A DNA stretch of 64,000 nt from Patescibacteria group bacterium (GCA_041653535.1 JBAZFH010000001.1:214175-278174); one strand, 5' to 3'; counted from the stretch's first letter, positions 1 to 9,417 are shown. Notes: generated by a model from the letters alone, not told the origin. Program-made: numbers and translations.

Positions 1-389
1 TTGGCAATAGCGGCTAGTTTTGGCATCATATCCGGAGTGGCAATGGCGACATCAAAATCAGTTTTTTCCGTCTTTTTGATTTCGGCGATCAGTTCTTCGC
101 CGCCAACTATATCGGCGCCAGCGGTGCGAGCGTCAGCTTCCTTGTCTGACGGGACAAAAGCGGCGATCTTTTTGGTTTTGCCGGTGCCGTGAGGCAGGGT
201 GATAGTACTGCGGAGTTGCTGGTCGCTTTTTTTAGGATCAATACCAAGGTTAAGATGAACCTCGACACTGGAATCGAACTTTTCTTTGCCACTGGATAAA
301 ACCAAATCCAAGGCTTCGGTCAGGGAGTAAGTTTTAGTTTTGTCGATCTGGGATAAGATTTCTTGATAACGCTTTCCGTGTTTTTTCAT
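1..389 (-). CDS. rplA: 50S ribosomal protein L1 (N-terminal part; runs off window start)
   Basis: Manual translation from ATG at 389: MKKHGKRYQE...KFDSSVEVHLNLGIDPKKSDQQLRSTITLPHGTGK; follows rplK. Confidence 0.95.
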   Translation of the reverse strand, partial: MKKHGKRYQEILSQIDKTKTYSLTEALDLVLSSGKEKFDSSVEVHLNLGIDPKKSDQQLRSTITLPHGTGKTKKIAAFVPSDKEADARTAGADIVGGEELIAEIKKTEKTDFDVAIATPDMMPKLAAIA

Positions 390-403
390 ATTAATATTTT
401 TTA

Positions 404-438
404 GGTGGTGCTAGCGTCTCGCATCGCGGGACTCCCAC
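404..438 (-). promoter_or_regulatory. Putative L1-binding autoregulatory leader between rplK and rplA
   Basis: Minus strand GTGGGAG-hairpin-CGCTAGCACCAC resembles the L1-binding mRNA element found upstream of rplA in many bacteria. Confidence 0.6.
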
Positions 439-458
439 GTTAGTAAAAGATAGGTTTT

Positions 459-884
459 TTATTGTGTGACCGTGATGCCCATTTGGCGAGCGGTGCCTTC
501 GATGATTTTCATAGCCGCGTCAATGTCATTAGCGTTGAGGTCGGGCATTTTTTTCTCAGCAATTTCTCGTATTTGGTTTTTGGTAACACTACCGACTTTT
601 TCCTGCAGCGGTTTTCCCGATCCCTTGCTGATTCCCGCGGCTTTTTTAAGCAGCTCGGCAGCTGGCGGAGTTTTGAGAATAAAAGTGTAAGTGCGATCTT
701 CAAAAACAGTTATTTCGCAAGGAATGACATCGCCTGACATTTGTTTGGTGGCTTCATTGAATTTGGAGCAAAATTCACCAATATTAAGACCATGTTGACC
801 AAGAGCCGGACCGACTGGAGGCGCTGGATTGGCGGCACCGCCGGTTATTTGTAGCTTGATTATTGTTTTTATCTTTTTTGCCAT
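459..884 (-). CDS. rplK: 50S ribosomal protein L11
   Basis: [15 protein letters not shown] motif. Confidence 0.98.
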   Translation of the reverse strand: MAKKIKTIIKLQITGGAANPAPPVGPALGQHGLNIGEFCSKFNEATKQMSGDVIPCEITVFEDRTYTFILKTPPAAELLKKAAGISKGSGKPLQEKVGSVTKNQIREIAEKKMPDLNANDIDAAMKIIEGTARQMGITVTQ

Positions 885-953
885 ATTAGATAGTAGTTAG
901 TCTTTAGTGGTTAGGTAGAAGCTTTTGGAACCTAGCTACTAATTACTGTTTAT

Positions 954-1499
954 TTATATTTTTTTAACTTGTAGAAAATCCAGTTCTACCGGCGTTTCGC
1001 GACCAAACATTGATACTAAGGCTTTTACCTTACCCCTGGTTTCGTCAATTTCAGAAACTCGACCTTCAAAGTTTTTGAACGGTCCATCGACAATACGAAT
1101 CGGTTGTCCCAAAGAAAGGTCGATTTTGTATGTTGGCTCCTCGACCCCCATTCTTTTTTTAAGCGATTCAATTTCTTTTTTGGAAATAGGGGTGGGAATG
1201 GTGCCGGAACCGATAAAACCGGTAACGCTTGGTGTATTGCGGACAACATACCAAGAGTCGTCGGTAACAATCATTTCAACCATGACATATCCGGGAAAAA
1301 TCTTTTCTTCAACAACTTTTCTTTTGCCGTTTTTGATTTTAATCTTCTTTTCGGTGGGGATTAAAACGTTAAAAATTTTATCATCCATTCCCATGGAGGC
1401 AATTCTTTGTTTCAAATTTTCGGCAACATTTTCTTCGTAACCGGAGTAAGTATGGATGACGTACCAACGTCGACCAAGATCTAATGTTTGTTTTGGCAT
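954..1499 (-). CDS. nusG: Transcription termination/antitermination factor NusG
   Basis: WYVIHTYSGYE, FPGYV, KOW motif DGPFKNFEG, FGRETPVEL; start taken at MPKQ (1499). Confidence 0.97.
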   Translation of the reverse strand: MPKQTLDLGRRWYVIHTYSGYEENVAENLKQRIASMGMDDKIFNVLIPTEKKIKIKNGKRKVVEEKIFPGYVMVEMIVTDDSWYVVRNTPSVTGFIGSGTIPTPISKKEIESLKKRMGVEEPTYKIDLSLGQPIRIVDGPFKNFEGRVSEIDETRGKVKALVSMFGRETPVELDFLQVKKI

Positions 1500-1563
1500 A
1501 TTAAATGGTTTTCGGCACGCAGCTGTCAACTTTTGGCAGTTGCTGGCTTAGTTTTAAAAAAAA

Positions 1564-1752
1564 TTAACGATTAATAATGTTTTCAAACCCAATGGAAAAA
1601 ATATAGTCGAGCGCGCCAAGTATGGCAGCTAAACCCAGGCTAATGCCGATTACTAGCAGGGTGTGCTTGGTAGTTTCTTTTTTAGTCGGCCAAGCAACTT
1701 TTTTCAGTTCGGCTTTTGATTCTTTGAAATAATCAACAATTTTGTTAGACAT
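1564..1752 (-). CDS. secE: Preprotein translocase subunit SecE
   Basis: ELKKVAWPT motif plus one TM helix, upstream of nusG. Confidence 0.95.
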   Translation of the reverse strand: MSNKIVDYFKESKAELKKVAWPTKKETTKHTLLVIGISLGLAAILGALDYIFSIGFENIINR

Positions 1753-1855
1753 AAGGGCTAAATCGTTTAAAATTAAGGGTTTTTAAAACTGCCCCAGAAG
1801 GCAGTATTTATTGGCTAAATTATAAAGGATGTTTGGGGATAGGTCAAGGGGTATG

Positions 1856-1883
1856 TTGACAAATAGTGTAAATATGCTATTAT
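1856..1883 (+). promoter_or_regulatory. Sigma70-like promoter
   Basis: TTGACA-16 nt-(TG)TATTAT upstream of ORF 1945. Confidence 0.45.
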
Positions 1884-1944
1884 ATAAAATTAATGAGGAA
1901 TCATTGGTTGTTTGACATAATATAATAAACAAAGGAGAAATCTG

Positions 1945-2304
1945 ATGGGTAATGATCTGGAAAAAGGGGCAATCTCGGCTTTCAGGACGTGGAAGGAAGG
2001 GCGAATGGCTGAGATTAAGAGACGCGAGCAGGAGCTGGCGGCACTGCTGAAAGCAGCCGTTCCCCAGAGTTTCAGCGTGTGGCTGGCGGAAGCCGGCGAG
2101 ACGGTGATCGAAAATCTGCTCGAGTACGGGTTATCCAGTCGTAAGTATCGACGCGAATACGATGGCGTCATTTACGGCTACACCGACCTCAATGAATTCG
2201 AACAGCGGTTCGAAGAGCTCAAGGTCGCCTGGCACGGTGTGGTTGGTATTGACATCATCTGGGATGGTGACTACCGGTTTGAGGTCACATTCACGGTTTT
2301 TTAG
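1945..2304 (+). CDS. Hypothetical protein
   Basis: 119-aa ORF with AAGGAG SD; GC-richer codons. Confidence 0.7.
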   Translation: MGNDLEKGAISAFRTWKEGRMAEIKRREQELAALLKAAVPQSFSVWLAEAGETVIENLLEYGLSSRKYRREYDGVIYGYTDLNEFEQRFEELKVAWHGVVGIDIIWDGDYRFEVTFTVF

Positions 2305-2575
2305 ACGGAGGTTTTTCGAGAATGAAGGAAATGGAAGAAGAGTATTTCGGTATTGACTCTCCGGCGCACCGTTCGGTCCGTCAGCCGCGTCGTCGGGACA
2401 AAAAAGGCTGAAAGCGGCGGCGATTTTTACCCAAGGGCGTTGATATTCATAGCGAACGTTGGGTGGACGCCGGCAACGGTCGTGAAGAACTTGTGTTCTT
2501 CCACCAGCGGACCGGCAAGCCGATTGCTCTCGGCGTCGGCCGTCTGGCTGGGTCGTCCTGACAGGAAACATGTAT

Positions 2576-2606
2576 AAACCGCGGAATAACCCCGCGGTTT
2601 TTTCTT
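2576..2606 (+). terminator. Intrinsic terminator
   Basis: AAACCGCGG-aataac-CCGCGGTTT hairpin followed by T tract. Confidence 0.7.
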
Positions 2607-2663
2607 TTATTCAATTTTGTGGTAAAATAAAGTTGTCAAATACTCTAAAAATAAAACAAAAAT

Positions 2664-3716
2664 ATGCAAAGCGTAGATTATTATCTCAGCAAGGCAATAG
2701 AGCGGGGCGCTTCGGATGTCCACCTAGTATCTAGCGACGCGCCAACTATTCGAATTTATGGTCAGTTGGAGCGAATCGATAAAGAAGACGGTCTTTTGGA
2801 TAATAAAGAGCTGATGGCTGAGGTTTATAAAATGCTTACCAAAGAACAGATAGAGAAATTCGAAGAAGACTGGGAGCTTGATTATGCTTACGAATTAAAG
2901 GAAGCTCGTTTTCGTATCAATCTTCATTATCAAAGCGGGCAAATCGGTCTGGCTGCGCGTTTGATCCCGACGGTTATTCCGACGCCGGAAGAAATCAATC
3001 TTGAGCCGACTCTTTACGAGCTGACACATTTACAACAAGGTTTTATTTTAGTTACCGGTCCTACTGGTTGTGGTAAGTCCACTACCCTGGCTTCAATGAT
3101 TAATATTATTAACCAAGAACGCCGGTGTCATATTATTACTTTGGAGGACCCGATTGAGTTTATCTATCCGACACTGCAAAGCGTAGTGGAACAGCGTGAG
3201 ATCGGTCGTGACACCAAGTCTTTTCACGCCGGTCTCAAACGTGTTTTGCGCCAAGACCCCAATGTTATTTTGGTCGGTGAAATGCGTGATCCGGAAACAA
3301 TGGCGGCGGCGCTTACCGCGGCCGAAACCGGACATTTAGTTTTTTCTACTTTGCACACCAATTCGGCGGCGGAAACCATGGAAAGAATTATCGATTCTTT
3401 TGACACTTTTCGACAGAAACAAATCCTGGTTCAACTGGCGGCATCGTTGAGAGCGGTGGTAACTCAGCAGCTGGTGCCGACGATCGATGGCAAAGTAACG
3501 GTGGTTAGAGAAATTATGATTAACACGCCGGCGATTGCTAATCTAATTCGTCATAACAAAATCGCTCAAATACCGTCGGTAATCCAAACAGGCAAAATCG
3601 ACGGCATGGTTACAACCAACGCGGCGTTGAAGAATTTGTACAATAGAGGAATCATTTCCGAAGAAACTTATCGCAATAGGATGGTCAGCAGTGATAAGGT
3701 GGGGACGTTTTTTTAG
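2664..3716 (+). CDS. pilT: Type IV pilus retraction ATPase PilT
   Basis: GPTGCGKSTT Walker A, TLEDPIE, LRQDPNVILVGEMRD, AAETGHLVFSTLHT. Confidence 0.93.
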   Translation: MQSVDYYLSKAIERGASDVHLVSSDAPTIRIYGQLERIDKEDGLLDNKELMAEVYKMLTKEQIEKFEEDWELDYAYELKEARFRINLHYQSGQIGLAARLIPTVIPTPEEINLEPTLYELTHLQQGFILVTGPTGCGKSTTLASMINIINQERRCHIITLEDPIEFIYPTLQSVVEQREIGRDTKSFHAGLKRVLRQDPNVILVGEMRDPETMAAALTAAETGHLVFSTLHTNSAAETMERIIDSFDTFRQKQILVQLAASLRAVVTQQLVPTIDGKVTVVREIMINTPAIANLIRHNKIAQIPSVIQTGKIDGMVTTNAALKNLYNRGIISEETYRNRMVSSDKVGTFF

Positions 3717-3760
3717 AAATTGGCAGTTGGTATTATTTTTTTAATTTTAACTTTTTGCCT

Positions 3761-4087
3761 ATGTCTCCAGAACGTTGGGAAAAACTAAAAGGGGAGTTGA
3801 AAGATAAGTTTTCTGATATTAAGGAAGAAAACGGCGAGCTGGACTTTGGTCCAGGAGATTTTGAACGTTTGAGTTTTACCGGACCAATGGGTAAGATTCG
3901 CCTTGATTTTATTACCCGACCGGCGGTGATTGATAAAAAAACCACGACATCGCGACGTGTCGGCGCCGGTGTTGCCGTCGATTATGTTTATTCGCAGGAT
4001 GATTTTATTCATAAATTACAGGTTTATAAATGGAACGATGCCACTAGCGATTGGGACGAAATCAAAGCCAGTATGTTTGGAGAATAA
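3761..4087 (+). CDS. Conserved hypothetical protein
   Basis: Soluble ORF co-oriented between pilT and the PBP gene; ATG at 3761. Confidence 0.75.
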   Translation: MSPERWEKLKGELKDKFSDIKEENGELDFGPGDFERLSFTGPMGKIRLDFITRPAVIDKKTTTSRRVGAGVAVDYVYSQDDFIHKLQVYKWNDATSDWDEIKASMFGE

Positions 4088-4161
4088 TAAATGCGAAAAT
4101 TAGAAATTAGAAGTTTACAGCTACAAAAATTTCCAATTTCCAATTTCTTTATTTTTATATT

Positions 4162-5919
4162 GTGCGAAGGATTATCAGTAATAAGCCAACTTATTTCTTT
4201 CATTCAGGCAGGATAAAATTTCTCTGGCTGACTTTTGTTTTTATTGTCGTGATAATTGTTGGTCGGCTTTTTTGGTTGCAGGTGATAAAGTATGACGATT
4301 TTGCGGAGCTTGCCGCAATGCAGCACGACATCTATCAGGATATCGCTCCGGAAAGAGGAATTATTTACGCTCAAAACACCAAAAATCAGGGGGCTGATTT
4401 TTCCCCCTTAGCTATCAATCAGGAATTTTATTTGATATACGGTCAAACTTTTGCGGTGGAAAACTCCGAGCAAACAGCGAACAAAATGAACGAAGTTTTA
4501 GATCTGCCGCAAGACGTGGTGCAGCGGATTATTACACAACTATCCAAAATTAATGATCCTTACGAGCCGTTGGTGCATCGCGTTACCGAAGATAAAATAA
4601 AAAAAATAGAAGCGCTTGGTTTGCCGGGTATCAAATGGGAAAAAGAAAGTCTGCGTTACTATCCGCAAAAAAATATCAGTAGTAATGTTTTGGGGTTTGT
4701 CGGCTGGGTTGATGACAAGCTAGAAGGACAATACGGTATTGAAGGATATTTCAACGAAGAACTGCGGGGCGAATATGGCTGGCGGCATTCGGAGCGAGAT
4801 GCTCAAGGCACAATCATCGGTGTTGGCGAGCAAAATTTTAAAAAAGCGGTAAACGGCAGTAGTATAGTTTTGACAATTGACGATGCTATCCAAAATGTCG
4901 CTTGTCAGAAGCTTAACGAAGCAGTGGAAAAATATGACGCTGAAGGCGGGTCGGCAATATTTATGAACCCTAAAACCGGGGCGATATTAGCCATGTGTGG
5001 TAGTCCGGATTTTGATCCGAACGCTTACAGTGAAGTGAAAGGGTCAAATGTTTATACTAATCCGGCGATTTTTTCGGCTTATGAACCGGGGTCGGTTTTT
5101 AAAATTATTACTATGGCAGCAGCGCTTGATGCTGGCAAAATAGAACCGGAAACCACCTATGAAGACACTGGTGAAGCAAAAATCGGTTCTTATTCCATAA
5201 AAAATTCCGACTTGAAAGCTCATGGCGTACAAACAATGGTCGATGTTCTTAAATGGTCACTTAACACCGGAGCGATTTGGGCGATGCGCCAAACCGGCTA
5301 CGATACTTTTCGTGATTATGTTCGCAAATTCGGATTTGGCGATTTGACCGGGATTACTTTGAAAGGAGAAATGGCGGGAGATATTTCTTCACTAAACAAA
5401 AAAGGCGATATTTATCCCGCCACCGCTTCTTTTGGTCAGGGTATTATGGCAACGCCGTTACAAATGGTTAATTCTTATTCGACCATAGCTAATGGCGGCA
5501 AGATGATGAAGCCATATATTGTAGAAAAAATAATTGACAGTTCGGGCAATGTAACAAAGTATGAGCCGCAAGAATTACGTCGGGTAATCACCCCTCGGAC
5601 TGCCAGTTTACTTTCCGGTATGATGGTGCAGGTTTTGGAAGCCGGGCATACGCCTCGAGCCAGGGTGCCAGCTTATTATTTGGCTGGAAAAACCGGTACG
5701 GCAGAAGTGGCTTCAAGCTCCGGTGGTTATGGCGCGAGAACCATTCATACTTTTATCGGTTTTGGTCCGGTGAGTAATCCTGTTTTTGTCGGTTTGATTC
5801 GCCTGGATTATCCGACGGCGGCGAAATACGCGGATAGTACCGCGGCGCCGACTTTTGCGGAAATCGCCAAATTTATTTTGAATTATTATGAAGTGAAGGC
5901 GGAGAGGACAGGGGAATAA
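4162..5919 (+). CDS. Class B penicillin-binding protein (FtsI/PBP2 family)
   Basis: N-terminal TM, PERGII, EPGSVFK (SxxK), SLN (SxN), GKTGTAE (KTG). Confidence 0.93.
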   Translation: MRRIISNKPTYFFHSGRIKFLWLTFVFIVVIIVGRLFWLQVIKYDDFAELAAMQHDIYQDIAPERGIIYAQNTKNQGADFSPLAINQEFYLIYGQTFAVENSEQTANKMNEVLDLPQDVVQRIITQLSKINDPYEPLVHRVTEDKIKKIEALGLPGIKWEKESLRYYPQKNISSNVLGFVGWVDDKLEGQYGIEGYFNEELRGEYGWRHSERDAQGTIIGVGEQNFKKAVNGSSIVLTIDDAIQNVACQKLNEAVEKYDAEGGSAIFMNPKTGAILAMCGSPDFDPNAYSEVKGSNVYTNPAIFSAYEPGSVFKIITMAAALDAGKIEPETTYEDTGEAKIGSYSIKNSDLKAHGVQTMVDVLKWSLNTGAIWAMRQTGYDTFRDYVRKFGFGDLTGITLKGEMAGDISSLNKKGDIYPATASFGQGIMATPLQMVNSYSTIANGGKMMKPYIVEKIIDSSGNVTKYEPQELRRVITPRTASLLSGMMVQVLEAGHTPRARVPAYYLAGKTGTAEVASSSGGYGARTIHTFIGFGPVSNPVFVGLIRLDYPTAAKYADSTAAPTFAEIAKFILNYYEVKAERTGE

Positions 5920-6007
5920 TGATTGTAAATTGAGAATAGGAAACGTATAAAACTATTTTTTTAAACTAAAAACCCCGTTCCATGTTGGTACGGGGTTTGG
6001 TGTTGAA

Positions 6008-7075
6008 TCAAGAAACTAAGCGAGAAGTAATTCCAGTGACCGTTTGATTGATAATGTCGACATTTTTGCCTAGATTTTCTTCGGTCAAAGACATTTTTTC
6101 CAGGGCTTTTTTGACTTCCGCTTCGGCGGTCAGCATCCGCAGATCTTGCTCGAAATTCATAATGCTGGTGTGAAAGTTTCTGGTTTCCTCGATGATGAAC
6201 GCGAAAACCTGAGCGGAGGTTTTTCGTTCTTTACTGATGGTCATGTCGGCGAGGCGTAGCGCTTCAAACTCGCTGATTTTTTCATAGTATTGGCTCGCCC
6301 TCGCTTCAATTTCGTTAATCCTTCCTTCCACGATTTGTTTCCAGCGAGAAAGCAGTTCTATGCTCTCGTCATTTTCTCGTTTTATTTTTTGCAGCTCGGC
6401 TATCCGCGAACCGCATAGACTGTTTTCTTGTCGGTTGAATTTTTTTATCTCGAAGCTTTTTAGCCGGGTTAGCAGTTTTTCGATTTCCAGATCTAAGCGA
6501 TCGGTTTCATCTGCTAATTTTTTGTAAGTGGAGTTCGCTCCGAGATAATGATTTTTCAGTTCGTCGATCTTTTTCTTGACGTAAACGGCAATCGGTTTTT
6601 CCGAACCGAAAACTTTTTGTATTTTTTCTCGCTTTAAGATTCGGTGGGCGAGGCGTGTTTTGTTTGAGATAATGTGTTCATCAAGACCAAGTCCTAACAA
6701 TAATCCAGCTAACCCACCGAGTAATCCAAAAAAAACAGTAGCAATAAACTGGTCGCTTGAAGACATGATTTGCTGCAGTTCAAAGTGGGAAAAGACTCCG
6801 GTTGTGAGCAGAAAGCCAAGAAGCGTTAATATCTTGCAGAAAAGATAGCGGCCGTGAATTTTTCCTTTTTTGCACACCGGGCAGTCAACGCTGCCTTCTT
6901 TTAGGATATTTTTTTCTTCTTCCGTCAGATCTACTCCGTTCAGTTCGTTCTCGTCCAGATTTGCCAGGTGCGCGATAGATTCGGTCTGCAATTTTTCAAA
7001 CGAATCAGGTACCACGTCGCTTGCTGAAATATCCGGTGGAGTTGCTGCGAGATTTCTTACTGCGGAATTGCTCAT
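6008..7075 (-). CDS. Hypothetical membrane protein (CxxC, 2 TM, long coiled coil)
   Basis: 355-aa ORF with AGGAGG SD; CPVC then two hydrophobic helices and a heptad-rich C-terminus. Confidence 0.75.
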   Translation of the reverse strand: MSNSAVRNLAATPPDISASDVVPDSFEKLQTESIAHLANLDENELNGVDLTEEEKNILKEGSVDCPVCKKGKIHGRYLFCKILTLLGFLLTTGVFSHFELQQIMSSSDQFIATVFFGLLGGLAGLLLGLGLDEHIISNKTRLAHRILKREKIQKVFGSEKPIAVYVKKKIDELKNHYLGANSTYKKLADETDRLDLEIEKLLTRLKSFEIKKFNRQENSLCGSRIAELQKIKRENDESIELLSRWKQIVEGRINEIEARASQYYEKISEFEALRLADMTISKERKTSAQVFAFIIEETRNFHTSIMNFEQDLRMLTAEAEVKKALEKMSLTEENLGKNVDIINQTVTGITSRLVS

Positions 7076-7219
7076 TTTTTAAAACCTCCTGTGGTTTTTT
7101 GTTTTTGTCAACGTTCAGATATTATAACTTAACATAAAGTAGGTTTTTGTCAATTTTAATTTGATTCTATTTTTGACTTGCTTAAAATTAGCTAATTTCA
7201 TATAATAGAGCCAATTCAT

Positions 7220-8530
7220 ATGAAAAAACTTATTCAAAAAATCTTACGTTTTTTTGCCCGGCGGATTTTATTGAGATACAAGCCGCAGGTAGTCGGTATT
7301 ACCGGCAGTATCGGCAAGACTTCTTGTAAAGAAGCAATTTATACGGTTTTGTCGTCAGAGTTTAGTGCCAGACAAAACGATAAAAATTATAATAACGAAT
7401 TTGGCGTACCGTTAACTGTTATCGGCACTGAGACCGGCGGTAGAAATATTTTTAAATGGTTGCTGGTTTTTGGTAGGGCGACCAGGCTTTTATTTTGGCG
7501 CGATAAGAGTTATCCAGCGGTATTGGTATTAGAAATGGGCGCCGATCATCCGGGTGATATCAAATATCTGACTGATTTTGTAAAATGTTATGTCGGGGTG
7601 GTGACTGGAGTGGCTCCGGTACATATTGAATTTTTCGGTGATTTGGAAAATATCGCTAAGGAAAAAAGCGTTATGGTAAAAAGTTTGGATAAAAACGGCA
7701 TTGCAGTTTTGAACTACGACGATGAGCTGGTGCGCGGTATGGCAAACGGACTTCGTGCTGGCAAAGTGATTACCTATGGTTTTGAAGCAGGTGCCGAAGT
7801 GCAGGGCTACGAAGAAAAAATATCCGGTCAAAATATTTCGCGGAAAGACGGTGTAGAAGCGATTCGCGGTATTAGTTTTAAAGTATCATACGACGGCAAC
7901 GTGGTGCCAGTGTTTTTGCCGGCGGTAGTTGGTAAACATTCGGTCAATGCGGCGCTCGCAGCAATCGCCGTCGGTGTCGCTTTTGGTTTGAATCTGGTCC
8001 GCATTGCCGAAAGTCTGGGGCAGTATCGTCCGCCAAAAGGTAGGATGAATCTGATTGACGGCATTAAATATACTTTGATTATTGATGATACTTATAATTC
8101 TTCGCCAAAGCCGGCGATAGCGGCGTTAGAAGTGCTGGCTAAAGTGCAATTGCCGCAAGCTAGGCGCAAATATGCTGTCTTGGGCGACATGTTGGAGCTA
8201 GGCAGTTATACTGAACGCGCCCATTTGGAAGTGGGACGCAAAGTGGCTGAACTTGGTATTGATTATTTACTGACAGTGGGCGAGCGTTCACTGCAAGTAG
8301 CTAATGCAGCTATTGGCGCGGGGATGTCCGAAGATCGGGTTTATACATTTGACAATTCTGCAGAAGCTGGTAAATTTTTGCAGGACCGGATTGAGCAGGG
8401 AGATTTGATTTTAGTTAAAGGGTCGCAAGGTATGCGAATGGAAAAAATAGTTAAAGAACTGATGGCTGAGCCACTGCGCGCCAAAGAGTTGCTGGCTAGG
8501 CAGGGAGGAGGGTGGGAGGATAATTCGTAA
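7220..8530 (+). CDS. murF: UDP-N-acetylmuramoyl-tripeptide--D-Ala-D-Ala ligase
   Basis: GITGSIGKTS, NNEFGVPLT, DDTYNSSP, LGDMLELG, LVKGSQ. Confidence 0.95.
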   Translation: MKKLIQKILRFFARRILLRYKPQVVGITGSIGKTSCKEAIYTVLSSEFSARQNDKNYNNEFGVPLTVIGTETGGRNIFKWLLVFGRATRLLFWRDKSYPAVLVLEMGADHPGDIKYLTDFVKCYVGVVTGVAPVHIEFFGDLENIAKEKSVMVKSLDKNGIAVLNYDDELVRGMANGLRAGKVITYGFEAGAEVQGYEEKISGQNISRKDGVEAIRGISFKVSYDGNVVPVFLPAVVGKHSVNAALAAIAVGVAFGLNLVRIAESLGQYRPPKGRMNLIDGIKYTLIIDDTYNSSPKPAIAALEVLAKVQLPQARRKYAVLGDMLELGSYTERAHLEVGRKVAELGIDYLLTVGERSLQVANAAIGAGMSEDRVYTFDNSAEAGKFLQDRIEQGDLILVKGSQGMRMEKIVKELMAEPLRAKELLARQGGGWEDNS

Positions 8531-8539
8531 TTGTTTTCC

Positions 8540-9191
8540 GGCCTCATCGTCTAATGGTTAGCCCGCCTCGACTCGCCGATGGCGAAGCCGAGGCGAGGCG
8601 GGGACGCCAGGTTCTCTATGATGTATATAATTTATTGGTTAATTGATTTTGACAATAATAAAACCTATGTTGGTTTTACTGATGATTTAAAAAAGAGAAT
8701 CGCCGATCATAAATATGGCAAAACCAAAACAACGAGGAAATTTAAAATATCCAAGGTTTATATTTTAGAGCGGGTTGAAACTTTAGAGCTAGCTAGAAAA
8801 AGAGAAAAATATTGGAAGTCGGCGGCTGGCAGGAGAAAGTTAAAGGAGAAGTTTAGTAAAATTATGGCGCTATCGTCTAATGGTTAGCCCGCCTCGACTC
8901 GCCGATGGCGAAGCCGAGGCGAGGCGGGGACGCCAGGTTCTCTATGATGTATATAATTTATTGGTTAATTGATTTTGACAATAATAAAACCTATGTTGGT
9001 TTTACTGATGATTTAAAAAAGAGAATCGCCGATCATAAATATGGCAAAACCAAAACAACGAGGAAATTTAAAATATCCAAGGTTTATATTTTAGAGCGGG
9101 TTGAAACTTTAGAGCTAGCTAGAAAAAGAGAAAAATATTGGAAGTCGGCGGCTGGCAGGAGAAAGTTAAAGGAGAAGTTTAGTAAAATTAT
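8540..9191 (+). repeat. Two tandem 326-bp units: tRNA-Glu 5' half with 41-bp palindromic insert followed by a GIY-YIG gene
   Basis: Units start at 8540 and 8866 and the intact tRNA at 9192 (326-bp period); identical apart from acceptor-stem bases GGCCTCA vs GGCGCTA. Confidence 0.92.
8618..8887 (+). CDS. Small GIY-YIG nuclease family protein, copy 1
   Basis: YIIYWL..KTYVGFTDDLKKRIADH..ARKREKYWKS; start taken at ATG just after the tRNA anticodon. Confidence 0.88.
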   Translation: MMYIIYWLIDFDNNKTYVGFTDDLKKRIADHKYGKTKTTRKFKISKVYILERVETLELARKREKYWKSAAGRRKLKEKFSKIMALSSNG

Positions 9192-9213
9192 GGCGCTATC
9201 GTCTAATGGTTAG
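8944..9213 (+). CDS. Small GIY-YIG nuclease family protein, copy 2
   Basis: Identical to copy 1; stop codon lies inside the D-arm of the intact tRNA-Glu. Confidence 0.88.
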   Translation: MMYIIYWLIDFDNNKTYVGFTDDLKKRIADHKYGKTKTTRKFKISKVYILERVETLELARKREKYWKSAAGRRKLKEKFSKIMALSSNG

Positions 9214-9263
9214 GACGCCAGGTTCTCATCCTGGTAATCGGGGTTCGATTCCCCGTAGCGTCA
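9192..9263 (+). tRNA. tRNA-Glu (anticodon CTC)
   Basis: Cloverleaf: GGCGCTA/TAGCGTC acceptor, CCAGG-TTCTCAT-CCTGG anticodon arm, GGTTCGATTCC T-loop; CCA not encoded. Confidence 0.93.
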
Positions 9264-9351
9264 TGTACCGATGAGCTGTTCGACCTGCCTGCCGGTAGGC
9301 AGGGAGATGTTAAAGGGTATCCCTTCAGATGAGACTCGGAAGGATTGAAAT
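9260..9351 (+). repeat. Dispersed ~70-bp element, copy A (carries 20-bp palindrome insert at 9284-9303)
   Basis: Aligns with 12494-12586. Confidence 0.8.
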
Positions 9352-9417
9352 TTTTCATTTAGAAACCAAAACTCCCTTGGAAGATACTCCAGGGAGTTTT
9401 GTTAGACAGACATACTT

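Noticed and set aside
8579-8617. N-terminal extension MAKPRRGGDARFS of the GIY-YIG ORF
   Set aside because: It derives from the palindrome and tRNA half; the domain begins at ATG 8618.
8540-9263. CRISPR array or group I intron in tRNA-Glu
   Set aside because: The units are 326 bp and identical with no unique spacers and no cas genes. The ORF fills the insert, leaving no ribozyme core, and an uninterrupted tRNA follows.
9266-9351. Hammerhead ribozyme
   Set aside because: It has CCGATGA rather than CTGANGA, and I could not build the three stems around a GAAA core.
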